Source: the human T2T-CHM13v2.0 reference genome, Homo sapiens | Direction: 5' to 3' (one strand) | Length of the DNA stretch: 64,000 nt | Assembly (NCBI RefSeq): GCF_009914755.1 | Contig: NC_060938.1 | In this document: positions 1-19,332 of the stretch, piece after piece | How positions within the stretch are numbered: the first letter of the stretch is position 1 | Layout: each line of letters starts with the position of its first letter | Notes under the pieces: generated by a model | What the model saw: the letters and a program-made list of their open reading frames with translations, nothing else | What the model was told of the DNA's origin: nothing | The model's database searches: none | Program-made: the position numbers and the translations under genes

Positions 1-170
1 AGAGTTATTGTTTAATGGGCATAGAGTTTCAGTATTACAAGATGAAGAATTAAGAAGATGGATGATGGTGATGATTGCACATTATGAATATATTTAATAC
101 CATTAAACTATGCACTTAAATTGGCTAAGATGGTAAATTTTTCTATGTGTATTTTACCACAATTTTTAAA
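1..170 (+). mobile_element. Old L1M 3' end fragment
   Basis: gtttaatgggcatagagtttcag...ggtaaatttt...tattttaccacaat motif typical of L1MB/MC 3' ends. Confidence 0.65.
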
Positions 171-851
171 ATGAAGGAAAAGATTAAAGTTAGTAACAAA
201 AAAGCCATTTGAAAGTAAGTTGCAGACATGTATTTTCTAATAAAAACATTCTCTCTTATTTAAACACAATACCATTATCACATGTAAAAAATCTAACACT
301 GATACAAGAATATTATCTAGTATATAGTTTATATTCCAAAAAATATATATATAAACAGTAATTTTTACACAGAAAAAAATTAGTTAACATTTTGGCATTT
401 CATTTCAATCTTTTTATATATTTATATTTTGACACAGTTGAATGAATACACATTATATATAACAACGTACTACTAGCTTTTTAATTTTTTCAACTACCAA
501 TGTATATTACAAATTCTATGATGGCATTATTTTAAAATGCTTTATAAAAATAAAAAGTGATGTGTCTTGAAGCAGAACTGCCGAGCTGCAAACAACCTGG
601 GTGTGAGTCACAGGATATTAGGATAAGCCTGTCCACCAGGGATATAAATTTGATTGCATGTGACTTGTGTCAACTTTGGAGAAAACAAGAGCAAACGTAA
701 AGCAAGGCAATGGAAATTGTTTTTAAATGAGCCATTCAGCCTCTAAGGCAAGTTACAGGGCAGCAATTGAAATTCAAAGGGAAAGCATCAACATGTCAGG
801 TTTACCATCTTTAAATTACACATCCCTTTTTCATTCATTCCTTCAAAATAG

Positions 852-1199
<348 letters not shown>

Positions 1200-1777
1200 T
1201 CAAAATTACTGGCACTATCTGGTCATTTAGCAGTTATGCAAGCTCTAATCAGTCACACATTCAGGCCCTTGAAATTCTAATACCTACACAGTTGGAATAA
1301 ATAAAAAGTTAATCTTTATATTTTCCATCCACCAAAAATAATTTATAACCTTGAATCAGCAGGGTAGTAGAGAGATCACTGCTTTTTATAATATAAATCT
1401 ACATATTCCAATCTGCTCTAGTCAGTAGCATTTACATCTTATTGTCTGACTATGCTTAAGTACCTTAAAGCTATGATGTTCAAGTAGAGGGTTATTTCAT
1501 TCCGAGTTTAAATTTAATATAAATTACACTGTTAAAAATGTAACAGAACTATGAATAAAAGTAAAGTCAATTAAATAGTGAATTGCCTTAATACCTAATA
1601 CTAAGGTACCTAATATCTTAATACTGAATAAAACGTAAACTATAACCAAGTCAAGTGATTTCTGCATAGTGACAGTATGGTTTCGAACTGTTAAGAAAGT
1701 AAAACCAATTTAAATAAGCTTTCTTCAGTCTAAGAGTTTCAAAATGCTGCCTAAATTTCAGTGTCAAAGATAAGTAT

Positions 1778-3420
<1,643 letters not shown>

Positions 3421-3510
3421 TTATTTTAAAAAATATATTTCTTGTTTTATAGAGCATCTTATTCAGCCCTGGTCCACATTTCTTTAAGTTTTATGTTTGT
3501 GTTTCCCTTA

Positions 3511-3840
<330 letters not shown>

Positions 3841-4249
3841 TCAACAAATTAATATGTAGAATTATGAGATTAGTTCTTTTGGAAAGAAGGCAAATATTCC
3901 CTAACTCTTTCCCAAATATTTTATTCTCTAAGTCTAAAAGAAAATTATCTTGTTGAATAGATAATTCAAGTGTGCTGACTATATAAGAAAATAATGGTTA
4001 GAAAGTGGATGCCAGGAATGCAGCATATATAATTATCCCAGATTTTATGAAATTTCCAATAATTTTCAAAGGTTATCTCTAAAAAAATACAAAAACTGAG
4101 TAACAGCATAAAACAAAGAGAGCACAAGCATGGAGTATTGTCTTTCTCCTCAAACCCAAATCTAAAGACATCACAAAAGCTAGAAAAAGTTTGAAGTATC
4201 TGTCAAACTAATATAAATACTGTGAGAAACCATCACAGCTGAACAACTC

Positions 4250-4668
4250 TGTCAGGGTTCTCCAGAGAAATAGAACCAATTGGAAATAGATATAGATGAT
4301 ATAGATATATAAAGAGATTTATTATAAGGAAATGGCTCAGGAGACATAGTGGTACAGATTCTGTTTGAATCCAAAGGCCTAAGAACTAGGAGGGCCAATG
4401 GTGTAAGTTCCAGTTCAACTCCACGCCCGAAAGCAGAAGACCAGTGTCTCATCTTGAAGACAGTCAGGCAGAGAGAGGGAATTCGCCTTTATTCAGCCTT
4501 TTTGTTCTATCTAGGCCTTCAATGAATTGCATGAGTTCCAGTCACATTGGAGAGGGCAATCTGTTTTCCTCAGTCTCCCAATTCAAATGTTAATCTCATT
4601 CAGAAACACACACTTAGAATAATGAGTACCCCAAGGCCCAGTCAAGTTGACATAAAATTAACTATCAC
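4250..4668 (-). mobile_element. MLT2 (ERVL) solo LTR
   Basis: tcagggttctccagagaaatagaacc ... agtcaagttgacataaaattaactatcac termini. Confidence 0.75.
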
Positions 4669-6119
4669 GGCACTGTTCTGGGGAGCCAGCATTGGGATAA
4701 GTTTTTAGGCGTGTCCTTTTATCTTACCCTGGCAGTGGCAGCAGCATGTGTTTGGTGTGAAATGGCAGGGAAATATTAGGATCTGGAGAGCAACTGAGAA
4801 GTACAAGAAGGTTAGCCAGCCCCTGAATATATCCTCTACCTTGACTCCCTTATATACCCACTTTTCAAAAACAACTGTTAAAAATGTGTATACCTGTTTA
4901 ACTTAAAAAAATATGAACAAAGGGGCTTGAATAGATGTTTCTCAAAAGAAGATATACAAATAGCCAACAGGTATATGAAAAAATGCTCAACATCCCTATT
5001 CGTCAGGAAAATGCAAATTAAAAACAAAATGAGAGATCAGCTCATACCTGTTAGAATGGCTATTATGAAAAAAGACGAAAGATAAGTGTTTTGGGGGATA
5101 TGACGAAAAGGGAACTGTAGGTGGGAATGTTAATTAGTATAGCCATTATGAAAAACAGTATGAAGATTTCTCAGAAAATTAAAAATAGAACTACCATATC
5201 ACCCAGCAATCACACTACTGGGTATATATCCAAAACACAAGAAATGAGTATGTAGAAGAGATAATGGCCACTTCCACGTTCATTGTAGCATTATTCACAA
5301 AAGCCAAGATATGGAATCAACCTAACTGTCCTTTAGGAGATGAATAAAGAATATGTGATATATGTATTATATATAATTATATATATTTATATATACATTT
5401 AAATTTATATATACAATAAATATTATTCAGCCTTAGAAGAGAATTCTGTCATTTGCAACAACATGAATGAATCTGGAGGATATTCTCTTTTTTTATTATT
5501 ATACTTTAAGTTTTAGGGTACATGTGCACAATGTGCAGGTTTGTTACATATGTATACATGTGCCATGTTGGTATGCTGCACCCATTAACTCGTCACTTAG
5601 CATTAGGTATATCTCCTAATGCTATCCCTCCCCTATCCACGCACCCCACAACAGGCTCCGGTGTGTGATATTCCCCATCCTGTGTCCATGTGTTCTCATT
5701 GTTCAATTCCCACCTATGAGTGAGAACATGCAGTGTTTGGTTTTTTGTCCTTGCAATAGTTTGCTGAGAATGATGGTTTCCAGCTTCATCCATGTCCCTA
5801 CAAAGGACATGAACTCATCCTTTTTTATGGCTGCATAGTACTCCATGATGTATATGTGCCACATTTTCTTAATCCAGTCTATCATTGTTGGACATTTGGG
5901 TTGGTTCCAAGTCTTTGCTATTGTGAATAGTGCCGCAATAAACATATGTGTGCATGTGTCTTTATAGGAGCATGATTTATAATCCTTTGGGTATATACCC
6001 AGTAATGGGATTGCTGGGTCAAATGGTATTTCTAGTTCTAGATCCCTGAGGAATCATCACACTGACTTCCACAATGGTTGAACTAGTTTACAGTCCCACC
6101 AACAGTGTAAAAGTGTTCA

Positions 6120-8476
<2,357 letters not shown>

Positions 8477-9428
8477 CTATTTCCTTCAGTTCTGCTCTGA
8501 TCTTAGTTGTTTCTTGCCTTCTGCTAGCTTTTGAATGTGTTTGCTCTTGCTTCTCTAGTTCTTTTAATTCTGTTGTTAGGGTGTCAATTTTATATCTTTC
8601 CTGCTTTCTCTTGTGGGCACTTAGTGCTATAAATTTCCCTCTACACACTGCTTTGAATGTGTCCCAGAGATTCTGGTATGTTGTCTCTTTGTTCTCGTTG
8701 GTTTCAAAGAACATATTTATTTCTGCCTTCATTTCATTATGTACCCAGTAGTCATTCAGGAGCAGGCTGTTCAGTTTCCATGTAGTTGAGAGGTTTTGAG
8801 TGAGTTTCTTAATCCTGAGTTCTAGTTTGATTGCACTGTGGTCTGAGAGACAGTTTGTTATAATTTCTGTTCTTTTACATTTGCTGCGGAGTACTTTACT
8901 TCCAACTGTGTGGTCAATTTTGGAATAGGTGTGGTGTGGTGCTGAAAAGAATGAATATTCTGTTGATTTGGGGTGGAGAGATCTGTAGATGTCTATTAGG
9001 TCCGCTTGGTGCAGAGCTGAGTTCAATTCCTGGATATCCTTGTTAACTTTCTGTCTCATTGATCTGTCTAATGTTGACAGTGGGGTGTTAAAGTCTCCCA
9101 TTATTATTGTGTGGGAGTCTAAGTCTGTTTCTAGGTCTCTAAGCACTTAGTTTATGAATCTGGGTGCTCCTGTATTGGGTGCATATATATGTAAGATAGT
9201 TAGCTCTTCTTGTTGAATTGATCCCTTTACCATTATGTAATGGCCTTCTTTGTCTCTTTTGATTTTTGTTGGTTTAAAGTCTGTTTTATCAGAGACTAGG
9301 ATTGCAACCCCTGCCTTTTTTGTTTTCCGTTTGCTTGGTAGATCTTCCCCCCCTCCTTTATTTTGAGCCTATGTGTGCCTTTGCATGTGAGATGGGTTTC
9401 TTGAATACAGCACACTGATGGGTCTTGA

Positions 9429-9856
<428 letters not shown>

Positions 9857-11478
9857 TTATTTTGCTCATTAGTTGATGCAGTTTCTTCCTAGCCTAGATG
9901 GCCTTTACAATGCGGCATGTTTTTGCAGTGGCTGGTACCGGTTGTTCCTTTCCATGTTTAGTGCTTTCTTCAGGAGCTCTTGTAGGGCAGGCCTGGTGGT
10001 GACAAAATCTCTCAGCATTTGCTTGTCTGTAAAGGATTTTATTTCTCCTTCACTTATGAAGCTTAGTTTGGCTGGATATGAAATTCTGGGTTGAAAATTC
10101 TTTTAAGAATGCTGAATATTGGCCCCCACTCTCTTCTGGCTTGTAGAGTTTCTGCCAAGAGATCAGCTGTTAGTCTGATGGGCTTCCCTTTGTGGGTAAC
10201 CCGATCTTTCTCTCTGGCTGCCCTTAACATTTTTTCCTTCATTTCAACCTTGGTGAATCTGACAATTATGTATCTTGGAGTTGCTCTTCTCGAGGAGTAT
10301 CTTTGTGGCGTTCTCTGTATTTCCTGAATTTGAATGTTGGCCTGCCTTGCTATATTGGGGAAGTTCTCCTGGATAATATCCTGCAGAGTGTTTTCCAACT
10401 TGGTTCCATTCTCCCTGTCACTTTCAGGTACACCAATCAGACACAGATTTGGTCTTTTCACATAGTCCCATATTTCTTGGAGGCTTTGTTCGTTTCTTTT
10501 TTTTTTTCTCTAAACTTTTCTTCTTGCTTCATTTCATTCATTTGATCTTCCATCACTGATACGCTTTCTTCCAGTTGATTGAATCAGCTACTGAGGCTTG
10601 TGCATTCATCATGTAGTTCTCGTGCTGTGGTTTTCAGCTCCATCAGGGACTTCTCTGCATTGGTTATTCTAGTTAGCCATTCGTCTCATCTTTTTTCAAG
10701 GTTTTTAACTTCTTTGCCATGGGTTCGAACTTTCTCCTTTGGCTCAGAGTAGTTTGATCGTCTGAAGCCTTCTTCTCTCAACTCGTCAAAGTCATTCTCC
10801 ATCCAGCTTTGTTCCATTGCTGGTGAGGAGGTGCGTTCCTTTGGAGGAGGAGAGGTGCTCTGATTTTTAGAATTTTCAGTTTTTCTGCTCTGTTTTTTCC
10901 CCATCTTTGTGGTTTTACCTACCTTTGGTCTTTGATGATGGTGACATACAGATGGGGTTTTGGTGTGGATGTCCTTTCTGTTTGTTAGTTTTCCTTCTAA
11001 CAGTCAGGACCTTCAGCTGCAGGTCTGTTGGAGTTTGCCGGAGGTCCACTCCAGATGCTGTTTGCCTGGGTATCAGCAGGGGAGGCTGCAGAACAGTGGA
11101 TATTGGTGAACATCAAATGTTGCTGCCTGATCGTTCCTCTGGAAGTTTTGTCTCAGAGGAGTACCCGGCCATGTGAGGTGTCAGTCTGCCCCTACGGGGG
11201 GTGCCTCCCAGTTAGGCTACTCGGGGGTCAGGGACCCACTTGAGGAGGCAGTCTGTCCATTCTCGGATCTCCGGCTGCGTGCTGGGAGAACCACTACTCT
11301 CTTCTAAGCTGTCAGACAGGGACATTTAAGTCTGCACAGGTTTCTGCTGCCTTTTGTTTGGCTATGCCCTGCCCCTAGAGGTGGAGTCTACAGAGGCAGG
11401 CAGGCCTCCTTGAGCTGCGGTGGGTTCCACCCAGTTCGAGCTTCCAGGCCGCTTTGTTTACCTGCTCAAGCCTCAGCA

Positions 11479-11661
11479 ATGGCGGGCACCCCTCCCCCAG
11501 CCTCACTGCTGCCTTGCAGTTTGATCTCAGACTGCTGTGCTAGCAATGTGCAAGGCTTCGTGGGCGTGGGACCCTCTGAGCCAGGCGCGGGATATAATCT
11601 CCTGGTGTGCCGTTTGCTAAGACCATCAGAAAAGCACAGTATTAGGGTGGGAGTGACCTGA
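11479..11661 (+). pseudogene. L1 ORF0 remnant of L1-A (60 aa, ends at a CGA>TGA change)
   Basis: MAGTPPPASLLPCSLISDCCASN...IRVGVT* resembles primate L1 ORF0. Confidence 0.75.
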
Positions 11662-12364
11662 TTTTCCAGGTGCCATCCATCACCCCTTTCCTTGGCTAGG
11701 AAAGGGAATTCCCCAACCCCTTATGCTTCCTGGGTGAGGCGATGCCTCGCCCTGCTTTGGCTCAGGCTCGGTGCACTGCACCCACTGTCCTGCACCCACT
11801 GTCCAACAATCCCCAGTGAGACGCACCCAGTACCTCAGTTGGAAATGCAGAAATTGTTCATCTTCTGCTTTGCTCACACTGGGAGCTGTAGACTGGAGCT
11901 GTTCCTATTTGGTCATCTTGGCTCCACCCTCTCGAGGATATTCTGTTAAGTGAAATAATTCAGGCACAGAAAGACAAATACTGCACAATCTCACTTATAC
12001 GTGGAATCTGAAAAAGTTTAACTCATAGAAGCAGACAGTAGATTGGAGGGGTGGGAGTTGGGGAGATATTGGTAAAAAAATACAAAATTTTAGTTAGACA
12101 GGAGAAATAAGTTCAAGAGATCTAGTGTATAACATGATGACTACAGTTAATAACAATGTATCTTATATTTGAAAACTGTGAAGAGTAGATTTTAAGCATT
12201 CTAACCACAAAAAAAGATAAGTGTGTGAGATAATGCATATGCTAAATAGCTTGTTTTAGTGGTTCCACAATATATACATATTTCAAATATCATGTTTTAC
12301 ACCATAAATATATATAACTTTTGTTAATTAATTAAAACTGGCTGAAAAATTTATACCTAGTCAA

Positions 12365-13985
12365 ACTTTTTAAAATACTTTTATTGACATATAATATTTG
12401 TACATATTTATGGGGTACATGTGATATCTTGTTACATGCATACAATGTGTGCTGATCAAGTCCATGTATTTATGGTATTATCTTGAGTACTTATCATTTC
12501 TGTGTGTTAGGAACACATTTCAGGTCCTCTCTTCTAGCTTCTTTGAAATATATAATACGTTGTTGCTAACTATAGTCACCCTACTCTGCTATTGATAATT
12601 GGGGATTATTTCTTCTATCTAACTATATGTTTATATCCACTAAATTAACCTCCCTTTATCCTCGCCTCCTAAACTCCCTTTATCCCCACCTCCTACCTAC
12701 ACACTCTTCTCAGCCTCTGATATCTACCATTTTATTCTCCATCTCCATGAGATCAATTTTTCTCATATATGAGTGAGAACATGCAGTATCTGTCTTTCCA
12801 GGCCTGGCTTATTTCACTTAGCATAATAATCTAGTTCCATCCATGTTACTGCAAATCACAAGATTTCATTATTTTTTATAGCCAATTAGTATTCCATTAT
12901 GTCTATATACCACATTTTATTTATCCACTTATGGACACTTAGCTTGATTCCATATATTTGCCATTGTAAATATATGAATACTGTGATATTCATATCACAT
13001 TGTAAATATATAGAATGCTGTGATAAACATTCTAGTGCAGGTAGATATGCAAATTTTGATACACAAATTTCTTTTCCTTTGGATAAATACCCAATAGTGG
13101 GATTGCTGGATCATACGGTAGCTCTATTTTCAGTTTTTCGAGGAACTTCCATACTGTTTTCCGGAATGACTGTACTAATTTACATTCCCACCAACAGTGT
13201 ATAAGAGTTAACTTTTCTCCACAACCTCACTGTAATTTTCTGTCTTTTTAGTAATAGCCATTCTAACTGGAGAAAGATGATACGTCATTGTGGTTTTGAT
13301 TTGCATTTCCCTGATGATAATTTATGTTGAACATTTTTTTCATGTATCTGTTGGCCTTTTGTATGTCTTCTTCTGAGAAATGGAAATAGACATTTGTGTG
13401 TGTCCTTAGCTCACCTTTTAATGGGATTTTTTTCCTGTAGAGTTCCTTGTATATCCTGGATATTAGTCCCTTGTCAGATGAACAGTTTGCAAATATTTTC
13501 TCTCATTCAACAGGTTGCCTCTTCACTCTGTTTATTGTTTCCTTTACCATGCAGATGCTTTTTCAGCTTAATATAGTCTCATTTGTCTATTTACATTTCG
13601 GTTGCCTGTGCTTTTGAGGTTATAGCTACAAAATCTTTGTCTAGACCAACCTTCTGAAGTGTTTCCCCTGTTTTCTTTTAGTAGTTTTACAGTTTTAGGT
13701 GTTACATTAAGTCTTTAATCCATCTTGAGTTGATTTTTGCAAATGGTGACAAGTAGGGGCTCAGTTTCATTCTTTTGCATTTAGATATCCAATTTTCCCA
13801 GCATCGTTTATTGAAGAGGGTGTCCTTTCCCCAGTGTATGTTCTTGACACCTTTGTCCCAAATCAATTGGGTGTAAATATGTGGATTTATTTCTGGGTTC
13901 TTTATTCTGTTTCATTGGTCTATGTGTTTGTTTTTATACAAATACCATGTTGTTTTTATTACTGTAACCTTGTAGCTTATTTTGA
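12365..13985 (-). mobile_element. L1MA 3' portion
   Basis: Typical antisense L1MA 3'UTR and ORF2-end sequence (gtacatatttatggggtacatgtg...). Confidence 0.75.
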
Positions 13986-14405
13986 ATATATTCATGAAGG
14001 CATATTGGAAATGAAGGAATGAAACTGTCTCTATTTGTAAGCAACATGATTGCTTATATAGAAAATCCCAAAGATTCTACAAAAAAAGCTACTACACCTC
14101 CTGAGTTCAGCATGATCACAGTTGGTATATAAAAATCAACTGTATTTCTATATACTGGTTATGAATAATTGGCATTTAATATAAAAAATATTGCATGTTT
14201 CTATTTATATAACATTCTGGAAAAGACAAAGCTACAGGAATAGAAAACAAATCTTTGGTTTCCAGGCTTTGGAAGTAGGGGAAGGGATTGACTACAAAAG
14301 TCAATGCTAGGGAATTTGGGGTATGATGGAACTGTTCTATATGGTGCTATGATGGTAGATACATGGTTCTATTTGTCAAAACCCATAGACTTGCACATCA
14401 CAAAG

Positions 14406-14996
14406 TGTCAATAAAAAGAATCAAACTGTAAAATATTTGAAGAGATTTATTCTGAGCTAAATATGAGTAATCAATGGCCCATAACATAGCCCTCAGGAGA
14501 TCCTCAGAACATGTGCCCAAGGTGGTCAGGCCATAACTTGGTTTTATACATTTTAGGGAGACATAAGGCATCAATCAATACATGTAAGATGAACATTTCT
14601 TTGGTCCAGAAAGGCGAGACAACTGGAAGCAGAGGCTGGGGTTGCTTCCAGGTCGTAGGCAGATTCAAAGATTTTCTGATTGGCAATTGGATGAAAGAGT
14701 TATTATCAATAGGATGTTTGGTTATGATAAGGGTTATGGAGACCAAAATTTTATCATGCAGATAAAGACTCCAGATAGCAGGCTTCAGAGAATAGATTGT
14801 AAATGTTTCTTATCAGACTTAAAGAGCCTGTTCTACCAGTAATTCCAAAAGGGAGGAGAGTATAATGAGTCATGTCTGGCTCTCCCTTCCCATCATGGCC
14901 TAAATTAGTTTTTCAGGTTAATTTTGGAAAGTCCTTGATGATAGGAAGGATCCATTCAGATGGGTGGGGGGCTTTGAATTTTACTTTTGGTTTACA
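14406..14996 (-). mobile_element. MER4A-like (ERV1) solo LTR
   Basis: TG..CA termini; reverse complement begins TGTAAACCAAAAGTAAAATTC; near-TSD aaag/gaag. Confidence 0.8.
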
Positions 14997-15205
14997 GAAG
15001 GAATTTTACTGTATACAATTTTTTTTAAACCAAGCAGTAATTCAGATAAACCCAAGATGGAATGTAGATGGCCACAAATGAATCCATGTTATAAATGAAT
15101 GACACAATCAAATGTAAGGGGGTATAGAAGATAGGAGCTAACTTAAGTAACTTTGGAAAATATTGCTGTAACTGGATAAAGAAAACACACAAACACTATA
15201 CCTTA

Positions 15206-15901
15206 TGTAATAGACTGGAAATGGCCCCCCAGAAGATTTCCATGACCTAATCCCTGGAATCTGTGATTGTTACCTATATGGAAAAAAAAATGAGGCTTTG
15301 TGGATGTGACTAAGTCAAAGTCTTGAAATGGGGAGATTATCTGAATTATCCATCCAGATGGACCCTAAATGCAATCACATGTATGCTTATAAAAGGGAGG
15401 CAGTGGGAGAGATTTCACACACTAAGGGAAGGCCGTGTGAAGGCGGGTCAAAGAGAAATTTGAAGATGCTGGCTATGGTGGTTAATTTTATGTCAATTTG
15501 GATAGGATATGGTACCCAGTTGTTTGGTGAAACACCATTCTAGATGTTGATGCAAAAGTATTTTTTAGATATGATTAAGTCAGTAGACTTTGGGTAAAGC
15601 AGAACTCTCCATAATGTGGGTAGGCTGCATTCAATTAGTTGAAGGCCTTAGGAGCAAAGACTGAAGTTTCCTAAAGAGTGAATTTGACCTTGAGACTGCA
15701 ACACAGAAACCCTGCCTGAGTTCCCGGCCTCCCTAGTCTGCTCTGTTGATATTGAACTCAACTGAAACATCAACTCTTACCTGAATTTCTAGCCTGCCAG
15801 CTTGTCCTACAGATTTCAGACTTGCCACCTCTACAATCTTAACAACCAATTCCTTAAAATAAATCTAGATGAATGGATGGATAGATTAGATATAGATAGA
15901 C

Positions 15902-15942
<41 letters not shown>

Positions 15943-16235
15943 CTATAGATAGATACTATTGGTTCTATTTCTCTGTAGAATACTGACTGGCTTTGAAAAT
16001 TGGAGTGATGTAGCTACAAGCCAAGAAATGCCAGCAGGCACCAAAAGCTTAAAGAAGAAAGGAATGGATCCTTCCCTAGAGCATCGAAAGTATGATCCTG
16101 CTCACACCTTGATTTTTGACCTGTAACACCAATTTTGGATGCCTGGCCTCTGGATCTATGAGAGAATGAATTCCTATTGCTTCAACCCAAAAAGGCTATA
16201 GTAATTTGCTACAGCAGTCACAGAAAACTAACATA
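15206..16235 (+). mobile_element. MLT1 (MaLR) LTR with a nested MLT2 LTR at about 15474-15986
   Basis: cctaatccctggaatctgtga...gaaaactaacata; nested piece begins tggtggttaattttatgtcaa and is flanked by ctggc. Confidence 0.72.
15902..15941 (+). repeat. (AGAT)10 microsatellite
   Basis: Perfect tetranucleotide run inside MLT2. Confidence 0.95.
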
Positions 16236-17744
16236 CTCTAGTTAATAAATTTGTTTATCACAGCGTCTGGGTTACCAATTTAGAAATAACTTTACATGTA
16301 TACGAGGACTGAAAAAGAAAGCAAATAAATTGTAGTTAATGACAGCCAGGTTTCTCACTGTCAGAGAAAGCAGTTACAAATAAACAAAAGGGGAATACTA
16401 GATGAGCCTCTTGTTGCTGGAGTTACCAGTATAAACTCGTGTTTTGTTTTCAGTAGTTAGATACACCAACAAACATGTATATAGATATAGTATACATACA
16501 TGTATTTCCTAGCTTTGTCTACTGACAGATCCTAGGCCTGTCCACTGAGAAGCAGTTATACTCCAGGAACCACTGTCTGCTTATACATATACCTCTTGTG
16601 ACAATAAATCAAGAGTCTTAACTGATTTTGGAGTATTACTCTTATATTCTTAGAATACCTCTTCTAATCACAGAGAAAAAATTCATCTAACCATATTAAA
16701 ATAGATTTTTTGGACTTAAACAAAATTAGATATGCAGTGTCTATTTTTCTTCTAAATTTAACAAAGAGCTCTGGGACTAGACCCCTTATTTCTGAAAACT
16801 CATTGAATAGAAGTGGGAACAAATTCCTATTTTAAAGATGATAGAAGATTTGATTTATCTCTAGGGTAATAATTATCTTTTAAAAGTTATCTTTATAAGG
16901 CTATTTGATTACACAAAGTTATTTTTGTGATTTGTATTCGAAACACTGCATATGCCTCCACTAGTTGGATGAGCTATGATATTCAAACACGAACAACTCC
17001 GGTTCCTTTCTCCTTTTACCTTATACTCAGATGATGTTCAATCAAATGTATTTCTTTTAAACAAGATATATTTTTCCAATTTTAGGTGTCAGCAGTATGA
17101 AACCACAAGACAATCAGTTGTTATCACCTGGAACATATCATTACACACTTGGACCACTGCAATTGACTCCTAATTGGTTTATCCAACTCTTAATTTCTCC
17201 TAACTCTGGCTGTATTGTCAGTTTAATTTTCCTAGTCATTTCTTTTCTCTTGAAACTCTGACATTAAAATACAAGTTCTGTAAAACCAAGTCAAAACACT
17301 TCACGATCCTCTATAAATCAGTCCTATCATATCTGTTAAACTCAATTTCCTGGTATTATTCTTCATTGCAGTTAGGTCTATTCTTTAACTTCCTCTACAC
17401 TTATTAATAGTAAACATGTGACTGCATTTTTCTTTTGATCATATTAGTCCCCCTATCTAGAGAGCTCTGTCTCCTTTACCAATTCAGTTAAATTCTATTA
17501 AGTCAATAATTGTTTAATGCAATCCTACTAAAGACTAGCAACTAGTTAGGTAATTAAAACATGAAAGGCTAAAAAAGCATCAATCTTACACTTGAAAATT
17601 TTACAATCTACATACCTGTAAAGTCCTAATTCAATTTTACCTCTTCGGTGAATCCTTCCCAGGTTTTCTAGCTCATGATGACCTTTTTTCCCCTCATTCC
17701 GAAAACACTTGGTCTTTTCTATAACGAAAGTCACATTATAATAA

Positions 17745-19332
17745 TATAGTTATTATATTACTATAGTTATAATACAGTTGTTATATTATTATAGTTATAA
17801 TATAGTTGTTACTATAATATAGTTGTTATAGTTATAATATAGTTGTTATATTATTATAGTTATAATAGTTATATTATTATAGCTATATAATAATGTTATA
17901 TCATTATAGCTATATAATAATGTTATATCATTATAGCTATATAATAATGTTATATCATTATAGCTATATAATAATGTTATATCATTATAGCTATATAATA
18001 ATGTTATATCATTATAGCTATATAATAATGTTATATCATTATAGCTATATAATAATGTTATATCATTATAGCTATATAATAATGTTATATCATTATAGCT
18101 ATATAATGTTATATCATTATAGCTATATAATAATGTTATATCATTATAGCTATATAATAATGTTATATCATTATAGCTATATAATGTTATATCATTATAG
18201 TTATATAATGTTATATCATTATAGTTATATAATAATGTTATATCATTATAGTTATATAATGTTATATTATTATAGTTATATAATGTTATATTATAGTTAT
18301 ATAATGTTATATTATTATAGTTATATGTTATATTATTATAGTTATATAATGCTATATTATTATAGTTATATGTTATATTATTATAGTTATATAATGTTAT
18401 ATTATTATAGTTATATTATAATGTTATATTATTATAGTTATATTATAATGTTATGTTATTATAGTTATATTATGTTATGTTATTATAGTTATATTATGTT
18501 ATTATAGTTATATTATGTTATTATAGTTATATAATAATGTTATTATAGTTATATAATGTTATATTAGTTATATAATAATGTTATATTATTAGTTATATAA
18601 TAATGTTATATTATTAGTTATATAATAATGTTATATTATTATAGTTATATTATAATGTTATATTATTATAGTTATATTATAATGTTATATTATTATAGTT
18701 ATATTATAATGTTATATTATTATAGTTATATAATGTTATATTATTATAGTTATATAATGTTATATTATAGTTATATAATGTTATATTATAGTTATATAAT
18801 AATGTTATATTATTATAGTTATATTATTAATATAATATATAATTATTATATTATTAATATAATATATAATATATAATTATATTATCATATTGTTATATTA
18901 TATTATTATTATATTATTATAATTATATTATTATATATAATATATATTATTGTAATATATATTATATATAATGCATTATAATATATTATTATAGTTATAT
19001 TATAATATTATAGTTATAATATAATAGTTATATTAGTTATATTATTATAGTTATATTATTATAGTTATAATATATTATAGTTATATTATAATATAGTTAT
19101 ATTATAGTTATAATATTATAATATAGTTGTAATATTATATTATTAAAGTTATATTATATTATAGTTATGTTACATTATTATAGTTATATTATAGTTATAA
19201 TAGTATAATATTATAGTTATATTATATTATTATAGTTATACTATAATATAGATAATATATTATAGCTATAATATATTATAGTTATAGATATTATATTATA
19301 GTTATAATATAGTTATTATATTATAGTTATAG
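17745..19332. repeat. AT-rich VNTR; core unit ATGTTATATCATTATAGCTATATAATA (27 bp) with 24- and 21-bp variants
   Basis: Seven perfect 27-mers from 17893, then graded variants, decaying to low-complexity TA sequence at both ends; sits within an L2 relic. Confidence 0.95.

Noticed and set aside
17893-18300. CRISPR-like 27-bp repeat array
   Set aside because: Head-to-tail repeats with no unique spacers, in human DNA, with no cas genes.
17893-18876. 204-aa and 82-aa ORFs of MLYHYSYII repeats
   Set aside because: A by-product of VNTR units that are multiples of 3 with no stop in one frame; no promoter, splice or codon evidence.
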